Positions 9,925-20,525 of a DNA stretch of 41,967 nucleotides are shown here, one piece after another. How positions within the stretch are numbered: position 1 is the stretch's first letter; each line of letters opens with the position of its first letter. The notes under the pieces are model-generated. The model worked only from the letters and a program-made list of their open reading frames with translations. It did not search any database and was not told the origin of the DNA. Both the position numbers and the translations under genes were made by a program. Source of the DNA: Bacteroidia bacterium (lineage in GTDB: Bacteria > Bacteroidota > Bacteroidia > UKL13-3); assembly GCA_018058165.1 (NCBI GenBank), contig JAGPCI010000001.1, positions 1-41,967 on the forward strand, in the 5' to 3' direction.

Positions 9925-10110
9925 ATGGCACATCCAAAGCGAAAAATCTCGAACACCCGAAGAGATAAAAGAAGAACGCATTACAAAGGAGTTAATCCAA
10001 CACTTTCAGTTGATGCAACTTCTGGCGAAACACATTTACGTCACCGTGTAACTGCTGATGGCTTTTACAAAGGTAAACTTGTGTTTCCAGACATGAGAAA
10101 AGACGTTTAA
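9925..10110 (+). CDS. rpmF: 50S ribosomal protein L32
   Basis: [21 protein letters not shown]... canonical bL32 N-terminus. Confidence 0.95.
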   Translation: MAHPKRKISNTRRDKRRTHYKGVNPTLSVDATSGETHLRHRVTADGFYKGKLVFPDMRKDV

Positions 10111-10135
10111 TTTCCACCCAAACCCTTTATTTTTA

Positions 10136-11092
10136 ATGAGAATTGGCTTTGATATCATGGGGGGCGATTATGCTCCCTTAGAGGCTATAAAAGGAGCAAT
10201 CCTTGCCCAAAAAGAGTTGCCAGATGATGTTAAAATTGTGCTTTTTGGTGATGAACCTAAAGCAAGAAAGTTAGTAACAGAAAATGGTGCCAATGTTTCT
10301 GATTTTGAATTTGTGCACTCAACCGAAGTAATTGAAATGGGTGAACACCCAACTAAGGCGATTTCACAAAAACGTAACTCAAGCATTGTAATTGGTTTTA
10401 GCCACCTTGCTACTAAGCAAATCGACTCTTTTGTTAGTGCAGGTAATACTGGCGCTATGTTAGTTGGTGCAATGTTCTCTGTTAAACCTATCGAAGGAGT
10501 TATACGACCTTGTATCACCGCAACTGTTCCTAAGCCTGATGGAACAACAGGCTTGTTGCTTGATGTTGGTGTTAATTCAGATTGTAAGCCAGATGTACTT
10601 TACCAATTTGCCGTACTTGGTTCATTAATGATGAAACATGTGCTTAAAGTTGATGAGCCTAGAATTGGTTTGTTAAGTATCGGTGAAGAAAAAGAAAAAG
10701 GAAACTTAGTTACTACAGCAGCACATCATTTATTAGAAGGTGGTGGTCCATTTTCTTTTATTGGTAATGTGGAAGGCCGTGACTTACTAACTGATAAATG
10801 TGATGTAATAGTTTGCGAAGGTTTTGTAGGTAATGTTTTACTCAAAGCCTATGAAGCTTTTTACTATGTTTTACAAAAACGTGGTAGGTCTGATGAGTAT
10901 TTTGATAGATTTAACTACGAAAACTACGGAGGAACTCCAATTTTAGGTATTAATGCTCCTGTAATTATTGGACATGGAATATCGAATGCCATGGCGTTTA
11001 AAAACATGATTTTTACAGCCAAGCAAGTTTCAGATTCTAACCTTTGTAGTATAATAAGAGAAGAGTTTAAAAACCTAGTATTACCATTATAA
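10136..11092 (+). CDS. plsX: Phosphate acyltransferase PlsX
   Basis: MRIGFDIMGGDYAP...SAGNTGA...GINAPVIIGHG. Position after rpmF. Confidence 0.92.
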   Translation: MRIGFDIMGGDYAPLEAIKGAILAQKELPDDVKIVLFGDEPKARKLVTENGANVSDFEFVHSTEVIEMGEHPTKAISQKRNSSIVIGFSHLATKQIDSFVSAGNTGAMLVGAMFSVKPIEGVIRPCITATVPKPDGTTGLLLDVGVNSDCKPDVLYQFAVLGSLMMKHVLKVDEPRIGLLSIGEEKEKGNLVTTAAHHLLEGGGPFSFIGNVEGRDLLTDKCDVIVCEGFVGNVLLKAYEAFYYVLQKRGRSDEYFDRFNYENYGGTPILGINAPVIIGHGISNAMAFKNMIFTAKQVSDSNLCSIIREEFKNLVLPL

Positions 11093-11093
11093 G

Positions 11094-12098
11094 ATGAGTA
11101 AAATAACTGCAGCTATTACCTGTGTGCATGGTTATGTGCCCGAGTACAAACTTACAAATGCCGAATTGGAAAAACTTGTTGACACTTCGGATGAATGGAT
11201 AACAAGTAGAACGGGCATTAAAGAAAGAAGATTATTAAATACTCCTGGTCTAGCAACTTCTGATATGGGAGTTGAAGCAGTAAATGCATTGCTAAAAAAA
11301 CGAGGTATCACCGCAAATGATATTGAGTTGATAATATTTGCAACAGTTACTCCCGATATGGTTTTTCCTTCAACAGCTTGTATTTTGGCGGATAAAATAG
11401 GAGCCAAAAATGCTTGGGGTTTTGATTTGGCTGCTGCGTGTTCTGGTTTTTTGTTTGCTTTACAAACAGGAGCTTCATTTATCGAAAGTGGTAAACATAA
11501 AAATGTATTAGTTATTGGTGGCGATAAAATGTCTTCAATAATTGACTATACAGACAGAAATACCTGTATAATTTTTGGGGATGGTTTAGGATGTGTATTA
11601 CTTGAACCTAACGAAGAAGGAAATGGTATTATTGATAGTGTACTTAAAATCGATGGACAAGGTCGTCATTACTTACACCAAAAAGCTGGCGGTTCTCTTA
11701 AACCACCAACACACGAATCTATAGATGCGCGCGAACATTTTGTTTATCAAGATGGAAAGGCAGTGTTTAAATTTGCGGTTACTGGTATGGCCGATGTTTC
11801 TGCCCAAATAATGGAACGAAATAATCTAACAGCAGATGATATTACATATTTGGTACCACATCAGGCAAACTTGCGTATAATTGATGCAACAGCCGAACGT
11901 ATGGGGCTAGATAAAGAAAAGGTAATGATTAATATTGACCACTTTGGTAATACCACCAATGGAACTTTACCATTATTAATGTGGGAGTGGGAAAATAAAC
12001 TTAAAAAAGGGGATAATCTGGTACTTTCTGCCTTTGGTGGCGGATTTACTTGGGGCTCAATTTTTATTAAATGGGCATACGATGCAAAAAAGAGTTAA
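11094..12098 (+). CDS. fabH: Beta-ketoacyl-ACP synthase III
   Basis: DTSDEWITSRTGIKERR, active-site AAACSGF, HQANLRI, GNTTNGT. Confidence 0.93.
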   Translation: MSKITAAITCVHGYVPEYKLTNAELEKLVDTSDEWITSRTGIKERRLLNTPGLATSDMGVEAVNALLKKRGITANDIELIIFATVTPDMVFPSTACILADKIGAKNAWGFDLAAACSGFLFALQTGASFIESGKHKNVLVIGGDKMSSIIDYTDRNTCIIFGDGLGCVLLEPNEEGNGIIDSVLKIDGQGRHYLHQKAGGSLKPPTHESIDAREHFVYQDGKAVFKFAVTGMADVSAQIMERNNLTADDITYLVPHQANLRIIDATAERMGLDKEKVMINIDHFGNTTNGTLPLLMWEWENKLKKGDNLVLSAFGGGFTWGSIFIKWAYDAKKS

Positions 12099-12166
12099 AT
12101 TTATTTAACTAAATTAGCACAATTCTAAAAAATAATTACTTTTGATAGTATTCAAATAACTCCAAT

Positions 12167-12631
12167 ATGGAACTAAAAGAAATTAAAGAACTGATAAAAT
12201 TAGTTTCAGAAGCAGGTGTTTCTGAAGTTGAAGTAGAGCGTGGTGATTTTAAAATTGCCATTAAGAAGGTTGAAGAAAAGGTGTATGTACAAAGCAATGC
12301 ACCAGTAATGCAACCTCAAGTTGTAATGCAAGCACCAGTTGCTGCAACACATAGTGCTCCGGTTACACCTGTTAGCGAACTAGCTACTAATTTGATAACA
12401 ATTAAGTCTCCAATGATTGGTACTTTCTATAAATCTTCATCACCAGATAAGCCAGCTTTTGTTGGTGTTGGTGACGAAATTGTTTCAGGAAAAGTATTGT
12501 GCATTATTGAAGCAATGAAACTTTTTAACGAAATTGAAGCAGAAGTATCTGGTCGTATAGTTAAAGTTTTAGTAGAAAATGCTTCTCCAGTAGAGTACGA
12601 TCAACCATTGTTTTTGGTTGAACCAATGTAA
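12167..12631 (+). CDS. accB: Acetyl-CoA carboxylase biotin carboxyl carrier protein
   Basis: Biotinylation motif CIIEAMKLFNEIEAE at the C-terminal lipoyl-like domain. Confidence 0.93.
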   Translation: MELKEIKELIKLVSEAGVSEVEVERGDFKIAIKKVEEKVYVQSNAPVMQPQVVMQAPVAATHSAPVTPVSELATNLITIKSPMIGTFYKSSSPDKPAFVGVGDEIVSGKVLCIIEAMKLFNEIEAEVSGRIVKVLVENASPVEYDQPLFLVEPM

Positions 12632-12653
12632 TATTTAGCATGTATTTAATAAT

Positions 12654-12696
12654 AAAGTCGATGAGTTCTGTTTTGAAGCTTATCGACTTTGTTTTT
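12654..12696 (+). terminator. Intercistronic hairpin plus T-run between accB and accC (AAAGTCGAT / ATCGACTTT then GTTTTT)
   Basis: 9-bp inverted repeat with a 19-nt loop, read directly. Followed by T5. Possible attenuator. Confidence 0.4.
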
Positions 12697-12725
12697 ACTA
12701 ACCAAATCAAAATACAAAAGCATTT

Positions 12726-14072
12726 ATGTTTAAAAAGATATTAATTGCCAATCGTGGCGAAATAGCACTGAGAGTTATACGTACGGCTCGCGAGATGGGT
12801 ATTAAAACCGTAGCGGTATATTCTACAGCGGATAAAGATAGCTTGCATGTAAGGTTTGCCGATGAAGCCGTTTGTATTGGTCCACCGCCTTCTGCTTTAT
12901 CGTATTTAAATATGCAGAATATCATTGCGGCTGCCGAAATAACCAATGCAGATGCAATTCACCCAGGCTATGGTTTTTTATCAGAGAATGCAAAGTTCTC
13001 GGGTATTTGCCGTGATCATGGTATAAAATTTATTGGCGCTTCTCCAGAAATGATTAATCAGATGGGTGATAAAGCAAACGCTAAAGATACTATGAAAAGG
13101 GCAGGAGTTCCCGTTATTCCTGGTAGTGATGGATTATTGGCCTCAGCTCAAGAAGGTATTGAATTAGCAAAGGAAATTGGCTATCCAGTTATCATAAAAG
13201 CCACTGCTGGAGGTGGAGGTAGAGGAATGCGTATTATTTGGAAAGAAGAAGATTTTATAGGTCATTGGGATAGCGCAAGGCAGGAATCTGCGGCTGCATT
13301 TGGGAACGATGGAATTTACATGGAGAAATACGTGGAAGATCCTCGTCATATCGAAATACAATTAGCAGGCGACCAATATGGTAATGTTTGCCATTTAAGC
13401 GAGAGAGATTGCTCTATCCAACGCAGACATCAAAAGCTACTAGAAGAAGCTCCTTCACCTTTTATAACACCAGAATTGCGCGAGAAGATGGGTGATGTAG
13501 CCATTAAAGGTGCAAAATCTATAAACTACGAAGGCTTAGGTACAATTGAGTTTTTAGTAGACAAGCACCGTAATTTCTATTTTATGGAAATGAATACCCG
13601 TATTCAGGTAGAACATCCGGTTACGGAAGAAGTAATTAATTACGACCTGGTAAAAGAGCAAATATTAATTGCTGCTGGGGTGCCAATTAGCGGAAGAAAC
13701 TACTTGCCAACTAAACATGCAATTGAGTGTCGTATAAATGCAGAGGATCCTTATAACAACTTTAGGCCAACACCAGGTAAAATAGAAAATTTACATAAGC
13801 CTGGTGGGCACGGTACACGCGTTGATACACATATTTATGCTGGTTATACTATACCATCAAACTACGACAGTATGATCGCAAAACTAATTGTAAGCGCTCA
13901 AACTCGTGAAGAGGCAATTATAAAAATGGAGAGAGCGCTTGGTGAATTTATTATTGAGGGGCCTGGTATTAAAACCACCATACCTTTGCACATTAAATTA
14001 ATGCAAAATGAAGATTTTAAAAAAGGAAATTTCACCACTTCATTTATGAATACGTTCGATATTAATGCATAA
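12726..14072 (+). CDS. accC: Acetyl-CoA carboxylase biotin carboxylase subunit
   Basis: [26 protein letters not shown]..., [22 protein letters not shown]. Confidence 0.96.
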   Translation: MFKKILIANRGEIALRVIRTAREMGIKTVAVYSTADKDSLHVRFADEAVCIGPPPSALSYLNMQNIIAAAEITNADAIHPGYGFLSENAKFSGICRDHGIKFIGASPEMINQMGDKANAKDTMKRAGVPVIPGSDGLLASAQEGIELAKEIGYPVIIKATAGGGGRGMRIIWKEEDFIGHWDSARQESAAAFGNDGIYMEKYVEDPRHIEIQLAGDQYGNVCHLSERDCSIQRRHQKLLEEAPSPFITPELREKMGDVAIKGAKSINYEGLGTIEFLVDKHRNFYFMEMNTRIQVEHPVTEEVINYDLVKEQILIAAGVPISGRNYLPTKHAIECRINAEDPYNNFRPTPGKIENLHKPGGHGTRVDTHIYAGYTIPSNYDSMIAKLIVSAQTREEAIIKMERALGEFIIEGPGIKTTIPLHIKLMQNEDFKKGNFTTSFMNTFDINA

Positions 14073-14104
14073 TTAATCTTTCGCGTAATAAATTTTTTAT
14101 AAAT

Positions 14105-14138
14105 AAGGAGGCAATTTAATTATTGACCTCCTTTTTTT
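14105..14138 (+). terminator. Rho-independent terminator after accC
   Basis: AAGGAGGCAA ... TTGACCTCCTT stem (one bulge) followed by T7. Confidence 0.7.
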
Positions 14139-14276
14139 GTAGTTTTAAACTATTGCAAATTAGCGTTCTGCTTGGGTTATATCCAGAGTTATCAACTGTG
14201 TAAGCGCTTTATTTAATAGATTTTTCCACTAAACTTCAATTAATCTCTAAATATTGTAATGTTTTTTGAACAAATG

Positions 14277-14307
14277 TTTGGATAGAAATATAACTTGATT
14301 ATATTTG
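14277..14307 (+). promoter_or_regulatory. Distal rpsL-operon promoter candidate P1 (-33 TTTG 14277..14280, -7 TATATTTG 14300..14307)
   Basis: Exact consensus boxes with 19-nt spacing, followed by CACCCCTT. Confidence 0.5.
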
Positions 14308-14426
14308 CACCCCTTTTAAGGATTACTTTATGTAATTCGATAGTAAAGTCTGATGGTTAAATTCTTCTTTGTAACCCGCTCAGCAACCGATATTTTAAGA
14401 AAATTAAAATATTTTTTGTCAGGCAC

Positions 14427-14457
14427 TTGCATAGCAATATAAATACATCTACTTTTG
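14427..14457 (+). promoter_or_regulatory. Proximal rpsL-operon promoter candidate P2 (-33 TTG 14427..14429, -7 TACTTTTG 14450..14457)
   Basis: Exact TAnnTTTG with a TTG 20 nt upstream, 44 nt before the rpsL ATG. Followed by the GC-rich CCGTCCC. Confidence 0.5.
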
Positions 14458-14501
14458 CCGTCCCTTAAAAATTTAAGAAAAACTGTTTTTTAAAGCAAAA
14501 T

Positions 14502-14912
14502 ATGCCAACTATACAACAGCTTGTAAGAAAAGGTCGCACAGAAATTACTACAACTAGTAAGTCGCCAGCCTTAGATTCATGCCCTCAACGCAGAGGCGTT
14601 TGTACCCGTGTGTACACAACAACTCCTAAAAAACCTAACTCAGCAATGCGTAAAGTTGCTCGTGTTCGTTTAACCAACGGAAACGAAGTGAATGCATACA
14701 TTCCGGGTGAAGGTCACAATTTACAAGAGCACTCTATCGTGTTAGTTCGCGGTGGTCGTGTTAAAGATTTACCAGGTGTACGTTACCACATTGTTCGTGG
14801 TGCATTAGATACAGCTGGTGTTGCTGGTCGTAACCAACGCAGATCTAAATATGGTACTAAAAAACCAAAACCAGGTCAAGTTGCAGTAGATCCAAAAGCT
14901 AAGAAGAAATAA
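14502..14912 (+). CDS. rpsL: 30S ribosomal protein S12
   Basis: [12 protein letters not shown]...[19 protein letters not shown]... 136 aa with a short basic C-terminal extension. Confidence 0.98.
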   Translation: MPTIQQLVRKGRTEITTTSKSPALDSCPQRRGVCTRVYTTTPKKPNSAMRKVARVRLTNGNEVNAYIPGEGHNLQEHSIVLVRGGRVKDLPGVRYHIVRGALDTAGVAGRNQRRSKYGTKKPKPGQVAVDPKAKKK

Positions 14913-14935
14913 TTAAGATTTAGGGATAGCATACA

Positions 14936-15406
14936 ATGAGAAAATCAAAACCTAAAAAACGCATTTTATTACCAGATCCAAAATTTAATGATATTTTGGT
15001 AACAAGGTTTGTAAACAACCTTATGTGGGATGGTAAAAAAAGTACAGCATACCATGTGTTTTACTCTGCATTAGATAAAGTAGAAGCAAAAATTCAAGAA
15101 CGTGGAATAGACGTTTGGAAAAAAGCGTTAAACAATATCATGCCTGCAGTAGAAGTAAAAGCAAGACGTGTGGGTGGTGCTACATTCCAAATTCCAATGG
15201 AAGTACCTGCTGAAAGAAAAGTGGCAGTTGGTATGAAATGGATGATAGACTACTCTCGCAGACGTAACGAAAAATCAATGGCTGATAAATTGGCTGGCGA
15301 AATTATTGCAGCTTCAAAAGGTGAAGGTGCAGCAGTTAAAAAACGTGAAGACACACATAGAATGGCTGAAGCTAACAAAGCATTCTCTCACTTTAAAGTT
15401 AGCTAA
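14936..15406 (+). CDS. rpsG: 30S ribosomal protein S7
   Basis: MRKSKPKKRILLPDPKFND...; str-operon position. Confidence 0.97.
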   Translation: MRKSKPKKRILLPDPKFNDILVTRFVNNLMWDGKKSTAYHVFYSALDKVEAKIQERGIDVWKKALNNIMPAVEVKARRVGGATFQIPMEVPAERKVAVGMKWMIDYSRRRNEKSMADKLAGEIIAASKGEGAAVKKREDTHRMAEANKAFSHFKVS

Positions 15407-15432
15407 TTAGTAAAAGATAGGGTACACATAAA

Positions 15433-17535
15433 ATGTCAAGAGACTTAACTTTAACAAGAAATATTGGAATTGCTGCTCATATTGATGCTGGTAAAACTAC
15501 CACAACTGAGCGCATACTATATTATTCTGGTGTAAACCATAAAATAGGCGAAGTTCACGATGGTGCTTCTACTATGGATTGGATGGTTCAAGAGGCTGAG
15601 CGTGGTATAACAATTACCTCTGCTGCTACTACTGTTCCTTGGAAATACCGTGATAAAAATTACCATATAAATATTATTGATACACCTGGTCACGTAGATT
15701 TTACTGTAGAGGTAAATCGTTCTTTACGTGTTCTGGATGGATTAGTATTTTTGTTCTCTGCGGTTGATGGTGTAGAGCCTCAATCAGAAACAAATTGGCG
15801 TTTAGCTAATAATTACAATGTAGCTCGTTTAGGCTTTGTTAATAAAATGGACCGTTCTGGTGCCGATTTCTTAAATGTTGTAAAACAAGTTAGAGAAATG
15901 TTAGGTAGCCATGCAGTTCCTTTACAATTGCCAATTGGTGCTGAAGATGGGTTTAAAGGTGTGGTTGATTTAATCAACTTCCGTGGGATGGTTTGGAATG
16001 AGCATGATAAAGGCATGACTTTCCAAGAAGTAGAAATTCCTGCCGATATGATGGAGGAAGCACTTGAGTGGAGAGAAAAATTATTAGAAGCAGTATCTGA
16101 ATATGATGATTCTTTGATGGAGAAATTCTTCGAAGATCCAAAATCAATTACTGAACGTGAAATATTAGACGCATTGCGCAAGGCAGTTGTTGATATGAAA
16201 ATTGTACCAATGTTGTGCGGTTCTTCATTCAAAAACAAAGGGGTACAAACCATGCTAGATTTAGTTATGGAATTGTTACCTAGCCCAATGGATAAAGAAA
16301 GTATTACAGGTACTCACCCTGATACTGGAGCAGAGATTAGTCGTCAACCTTCTGTTAAGGAGCCTTTTGCTGCCTTAGCCTTTAAAATTGCTACTGATCC
16401 TTTTGTTGGTCGATTAGCTTTTATGCGTGCATATTCAGGTAAATTAGATGCTGGTTCTTACGTACTAAATACTCGTAGTGGTAATAAAGAACGTATATCA
16501 CGTATATTCCAAATGCATGCTAATAAACAAAATCCTATTGAAACTCTAGAAGCAGGTGATATCGGAGCAGCAGTTGGTTTTAAAGATATCAAAACTGGAG
16601 ATACACTTTGTGATGAAAAACATCCAATTGTATTAGAGGCTATGAATTTCCCTGAACCAGTTATTGGATTAGCAATTGAGCCTAAAACTCAAGCTGACGT
16701 GGATAGATTAGGTATGAGTTTAGCTAAATTGGCTGAAGAAGATCCTACTTTCCGAGTTCATACAGATGAAGATACTGGTCAAACAGTTATCTCTGGAATG
16801 GGTGAGTTACACTTAGAAATTATTATTGACCGTTTAAAACGTGAATTCAAAGTAGAGTGTAATCAAGGAGCACCACAAGTTTCTTATAAAGAGAATATTA
16901 AAACTGCAACTACGCACCGTGAGGTATACAAAAAACAATCAGGTGGTAGAGGAAAGTTTGCTGATATTCAATTTGAATTGATGCCAGGTTCTTCTGATAA
17001 GCCAGGATTAGAATTTATAAATGAAATTGTTGGTGGTTCAATTCCTAAAGAATTTATACCATCTGTTGAAAAAGGCTTTAAAGCTGCAATGCAAAATGGT
17101 GTTTTAGCTGGTTATGCAATTGAAAGTTTAAAAGTTCGCTTATATGATGGTTCATTCCACGCTGTCGATTCAGATGCATTATCATTTGAATTAGCTGCTA
17201 AGATTGGATTCAAAGAAGCAGCTCGTAAAGCAAACCCTGTATTGTTAGAACCTATTATGAAAATAGAGATTTTAACACCTGAAGAGAATATGGGTGATGT
17301 TATTGGAGATTTAAATAAACGCAGAGGTCAACTTGATGGCATGGATAGTCGTGCTGGTTCTCAAGTTATCAAAGCGAAAGTACCATTGGCTGAGATGTTT
17401 GGTTACGTAACTCAATTACGTACTTTATCATCAGGACGTGCAACTTCAACTATGGAGTTTGACCACTATGCCGATGCTCCACGTAATGTTCAAGAAGAAG
17501 TTTTAGCAAAAGTAAACGGTAAAGCAAAAGCCTAA
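15433..17535 (+). CDS. fusA: Elongation factor G
   Basis: [22 protein letters not shown]..., [13 protein letters not shown]. 700 aa. Confidence 0.98.
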   Translation: MSRDLTLTRNIGIAAHIDAGKTTTTERILYYSGVNHKIGEVHDGASTMDWMVQEAERGITITSAATTVPWKYRDKNYHINIIDTPGHVDFTVEVNRSLRVLDGLVFLFSAVDGVEPQSETNWRLANNYNVARLGFVNKMDRSGADFLNVVKQVREMLGSHAVPLQLPIGAEDGFKGVVDLINFRGMVWNEHDKGMTFQEVEIPADMMEEALEWREKLLEAVSEYDDSLMEKFFEDPKSITEREILDALRKAVVDMKIVPMLCGSSFKNKGVQTMLDLVMELLPSPMDKESITGTHPDTGAEISRQPSVKEPFAALAFKIATDPFVGRLAFMRAYSGKLDAGSYVLNTRSGNKERISRIFQMHANKQNPIETLEAGDIGAAVGFKDIKTGDTLCDEKHPIVLEAMNFPEPVIGLAIEPKTQADVDRLGMSLAKLAEEDPTFRVHTDEDTGQTVISGMGELHLEIIIDRLKREFKVECNQGAPQVSYKENIKTATTHREVYKKQSGGRGKFADIQFELMPGSSDKPGLEFINEIVGGSIPKEFIPSVEKGFKAAMQNGVLAGYAIESLKVRLYDGSFHAVDSDALSFELAAKIGFKEAARKANPVLLEPIMKIEILTPEENMGDVIGDLNKRRGQLDGMDSRAGSQVIKAKVPLAEMFGYVTQLRTLSSGRATSTMEFDHYADAPRNVQEEVLAKVNGKAKA

Positions 17536-17540
17536 ATCAT

Positions 17541-17849
17541 ATGGTTAACCAAAGAATAAGAATAAAGCTTAAGTCATTTGACTACAATCTGGTTGACAAG
17601 TCGGCAGAGAAGATTGTAAAAACGGTAAAATCTACCGGAGCAATAGTTAGTGGTCCAATTCCACTACCTACAAAAAAGAAAATTTACACAGTTCTTCGCT
17701 CTCCGCATGTTAACAAGAAAGCAAGAGAACAATTCCAGTTATGTTCTTACAAAAGAATTCTGGACATCTACAGTTCAACCGCAAAAACTGTTGATGCGTT
17801 AATGAAATTAGAATTACCAAGCGGAGTAGACGTTGAAATTAAAGTTTGA
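17541..17849 (+). CDS. rpsJ: 30S ribosomal protein S10
   Basis: [23 protein letters not shown]...[14 protein letters not shown]. Confidence 0.97.
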   Translation: MVNQRIRIKLKSFDYNLVDKSAEKIVKTVKSTGAIVSGPIPLPTKKKIYTVLRSPHVNKKAREQFQLCSYKRILDIYSSTAKTVDALMKLELPSGVDVEIKV

Positions 17850-17860
17850 TCATAAAAATT

Positions 17861-18478
17861 ATGTCAGGACTGATAGGAAAAAAAGTTGGAATGACCAGCA
17901 TTTACGATAAGAACGGCAAGAATATAGCTTGCACGGTTATCGAAGCGGGCCCTTGTGTGGTAACGCAAGTTAAAACCACAGATAAAGATGGCTACGCTGC
18001 TGTTCAGCTAGCGTATGGAGAACGTAAAGAAAAAAACACTCCCGCTGCGCAAATAGGTATATTTAAAAAAGCTAATACCACACCTAAACGTAAGTTGGTA
18101 GAATTTAAAGGCTTTGAAGAAACACTTGAACTTGGTCAAACATTATCTGTTGAACTGTTTGCTGAAGGAGAATATGTTGACGTTGTTGGCACCTCTAAAG
18201 GTAAAGGTTTTCAGGGTGTTGTTAAACGCCACGGCTTTAGTGGTGTTGGTATGGCTACACATGGTCAGCATAACCGTTTAAGAGCGCCTGGTTCATTAGG
18301 TGCTTCATCAGATCCATCTCGTGTATTTAAAGGTATGCGTATGGCTGGTAGAATGGGTGGTGATCGTGTTAAGAAAACCAATCTAGAAATATTAAAAGTT
18401 ATGAAAGACCAAAACTTGCTAGTTGTTAAAGGTAGCATTCCTGGTTCTATTGGCTCAATCGTTTTTATCGAAAAATAA
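17861..18478 (+). CDS. rplC: 50S ribosomal protein L3
   Basis: [16 protein letters not shown]... The ORF-track start at 17846 is an upstream TTG. The ATG at 17861 gives the canonical N-terminus. Confidence 0.96.
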   Translation: MSGLIGKKVGMTSIYDKNGKNIACTVIEAGPCVVTQVKTTDKDGYAAVQLAYGERKEKNTPAAQIGIFKKANTTPKRKLVEFKGFEETLELGQTLSVELFAEGEYVDVVGTSKGKGFQGVVKRHGFSGVGMATHGQHNRLRAPGSLGASSDPSRVFKGMRMAGRMGGDRVKKTNLEILKVMKDQNLLVVKGSIPGSIGSIVFIEK

Positions 18479-18479
18479 C

Positions 18480-19106
18480 ATGGAATTAGCAGTATTGAAC
18501 ATTAACGGTACAGAAACCGGTAAAAAAATCACACTTTCTGTTGATACTTTTGGTATCGAGCCAAATAACCATGCTATTTACTTAGATGTTAAGCAATATC
18601 TTGCTAACCAACGTCAAGGTACGCATAAAACGAAAGATAAAAGTGAGTTAAGCGGCTCAACTAAGAAACTACACCGTCAAAAAGGTACAGGTGGTTCTCG
18701 TAAGGGAAGTATCAAAAGTGGTACATTCGTTGGTGGTGCTCGTATTCACGGCCCTCGCCCTCGCGATTATAGTTTTAAGTTAAACAAAAAGTTAAAACAA
18801 TTAGCACGTAAATCAGCATTTGCTTACAAGGCTAAAGAAAACAATATTACAGTTTTAGAAAGTTTCAGCTTTGATGCTCCAAAAACAAAACAGTATATTG
18901 CGCTTCTTAATAACTTGAAATTATCAAACGAAAAAGTGTTGATGATTATACCTGAGTATAATGCAAACATCTACCGCTCTAGTCGCAACTTACCTAAAGC
19001 TAAAGTTGTAGCAGCAAAAGATGTAAACACTTACGAAATTTTACACGCTAACAAAGTTATCTTATTAGAGAACTCTGTTCCAGTTATTGTTGAAACATTA
19101 AATTAA
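18480..19106 (+). CDS. rplD: 50S ribosomal protein L4
   Basis: MELAVLNINGTETGK...KLHRQKGTGGSRKGS. The ATG at 18480 lies 1 nt after the rplC stop. The track start at 18423 overlaps rplC. Confidence 0.95.
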   Translation: MELAVLNINGTETGKKITLSVDTFGIEPNNHAIYLDVKQYLANQRQGTHKTKDKSELSGSTKKLHRQKGTGGSRKGSIKSGTFVGGARIHGPRPRDYSFKLNKKLKQLARKSAFAYKAKENNITVLESFSFDAPKTKQYIALLNNLKLSNEKVLMIIPEYNANIYRSSRNLPKAKVVAAKDVNTYEILHANKVILLENSVPVIVETLN

Positions 19107-19111
19107 TAAAA

Positions 19112-19402
19112 ATGAGCATTTTAAAAAAGCCATTAATCACCGAAAAATCAACTAAATTAAGCGAAAAGCTTAACCAATATAGTTTTTTGGTTGAAAAAAC
19201 AGCTAACAAACCTGAGATTAAGGTTGCTATTGAAAAAATGTACGACATTACTGTTACAGGAGTTAGCACTGCAATTTGTGCAGGTAAAGCTAAATCTCGT
19301 TTCACTAAAAGAGGACAATTTAGTGGTAGAAGACCATCAGTTAAAAAAGCTATTATCACTGTTAAGGAAGGTCAAGTAATTGATTTCTTCGCAAACATAT
19401 AA
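19112..19402 (+). CDS. rplW: 50S ribosomal protein L23
   Basis: MSILKKPLITEKSTKLSEK...; S10-operon order. Confidence 0.95.
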   Translation: MSILKKPLITEKSTKLSEKLNQYSFLVEKTANKPEIKVAIEKMYDITVTGVSTAICAGKAKSRFTKRGQFSGRRPSVKKAIITVKEGQVIDFFANI

Positions 19403-19421
19403 TTGAAGTATAAATAGAATT

Positions 19422-20246
19422 ATGGGAATTAGAAAATTTAGACCAATGACTCCTGGTACTCGCTTTAAATCAGTGAATACATTTGAGGAGATCACAACAT
19501 CAACACCCGAAAAATCGTTGATAGCAAAACACAGTAAAAGTGGTGGTCGTAACGGTTCTGGTAAAATGACTATGCGCTACATTGGTGGTGGTCATAAGCA
19601 GAAGTATCGTATTATCGACTTTAAGCGTAACAAACACGCTATACCTGCTACTGTCGCAACTATTGAGTATGATCCAAATCGTACTGCGCGAATTGCTTTA
19701 TTGCATTTTGCAGATGGTGAAAAAAGATACATGCTTGCTCCACACGGTCTTAAAGTTGGTCAAACAATTTTAAGTGGCGTTGGTTCACCTCCAGAAATTG
19801 GTAATACATTACCACTAAGTGAAATTCCTTTAGGTACAGTAATCTATAATATAGAATTGCAACCAGGCCAAGGTGGTAAGCTTGTTCGTTCTGCAGGAAC
19901 ATTTGCTCAACTTCTTAATCGTGATGGTAAATACGCTATCGTTAAGTTGGCATCAGGTGAAACCCGTATGATTGTGTCTACTTGTTTAGCTACAATCGGA
20001 TCTGTTTCAAATCCTGATCACAGTTTAGAGCGCATGGGAAAAGCAGGTGCTAACCGTTGGAGAGGCGTACGTCCGCGTACTAGACCAGTAGCTATGAACC
20101 CTGTTGATCACCCAATGGGTGGTGGAGAAGGTAGAGCCTCTGGAGGACATCCTCGCTCACGCAAAGGATTAATAGCTAAAGGGTACAAAACACGTGCACC
20201 TAAAAAGCATTCAAATAAATTTATTATCGAAAGACGTAAGAAGTAA
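19422..20246 (+). CDS. rplB: 50S ribosomal protein L2
   Basis: [15 protein letters not shown]...[13 protein letters not shown]. Confidence 0.98.
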   Translation: MGIRKFRPMTPGTRFKSVNTFEEITTSTPEKSLIAKHSKSGGRNGSGKMTMRYIGGGHKQKYRIIDFKRNKHAIPATVATIEYDPNRTARIALLHFADGEKRYMLAPHGLKVGQTILSGVGSPPEIGNTLPLSEIPLGTVIYNIELQPGQGGKLVRSAGTFAQLLNRDGKYAIVKLASGETRMIVSTCLATIGSVSNPDHSLERMGKAGANRWRGVRPRTRPVAMNPVDHPMGGGEGRASGGHPRSRKGLIAKGYKTRAPKKHSNKFIIERRKK

Positions 20247-20252
20247 TATAAT

Positions 20253-20519
20253 ATGGCTCGTTCGCTAAAAAAAGGACCCTTCGTTGATGTTAAGCTAGAC
20301 AAAAAAGTCGTAGCCATGAACGAAGCAAAGAAGAAATCAGTGATTAAAACTTGGTCACGTAGAACTATGATTACGCCTGATTTCGTAGGTCATACATTCG
20401 GAGTGCACAACGGAAACAAGTTCATTCCTGTTTATGTAACTGAAAACATGGTAGGTCACAAGCTTGGTGAATTTGCACCTACCAGAACATTCAAGAGTCA
20501 CCCGGTTAAAAAAGACTAA
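20253..20519 (+). CDS. rpsS: 30S ribosomal protein S19
   Basis: [12 protein letters not shown]...[22 protein letters not shown]. Confidence 0.97.
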   Translation: MARSLKKGPFVDVKLDKKVVAMNEAKKKSVIKTWSRRTMITPDFVGHTFGVHNGNKFIPVYVTENMVGHKLGEFAPTRTFKSHPVKKD

Positions 20520-20525
20520 CGAATA

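Noticed and set aside
14330-14335. Minimal start-stop ORFs (ATGTAA at 14330..14335, ATGTAG at 24251..24256) in the two structured spacers.
   Set aside because: Such hexamers are expected by chance in A/T-rich intergenic DNA. Nothing else supports them as translated regulatory elements.
15813-16253. Antisense or alternative-frame ORFs inside conserved genes: 15813..16253 in fusA, 21734..22075 and 21927..22136 in rplP, 22904..23239 across rplN/rplX, 25126..25461 across rplF/rplR, 1161..1722 and 1746..2354 in fhs, 6051..6353, 8214..8714, 10168..10518, 27275..27529 and others.
   Set aside because: Each lies opposite or out of frame to a strongly conserved, recognisable gene. The translations are low-complexity with no recognisable motifs. 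Long shadow ORFs are expected in A/T-rich DNA.
17536-17540. Absence of tuf between fusA and rpsJ, and of map/adk between secY and infA, as possible deletions.
   Set aside because: This gene order is the normal arrangement in many Bacteroidota, where tuf lies elsewhere. The junctions are tight and clean with no scars.
17846-17860. Longer N-terminal extensions offered by the ORF track: rplC 17846, rplD 18423, rpmD 26230, S46 peptidase 34482, clpX 40056, GT4 3988, Wzz-like 5491.
   Set aside because: The extensions begin at TTG or at upstream codons, overlap the preceding gene or a terminator or promoter, and precede the canonical conserved N-terminus that begins at an internal ATG.
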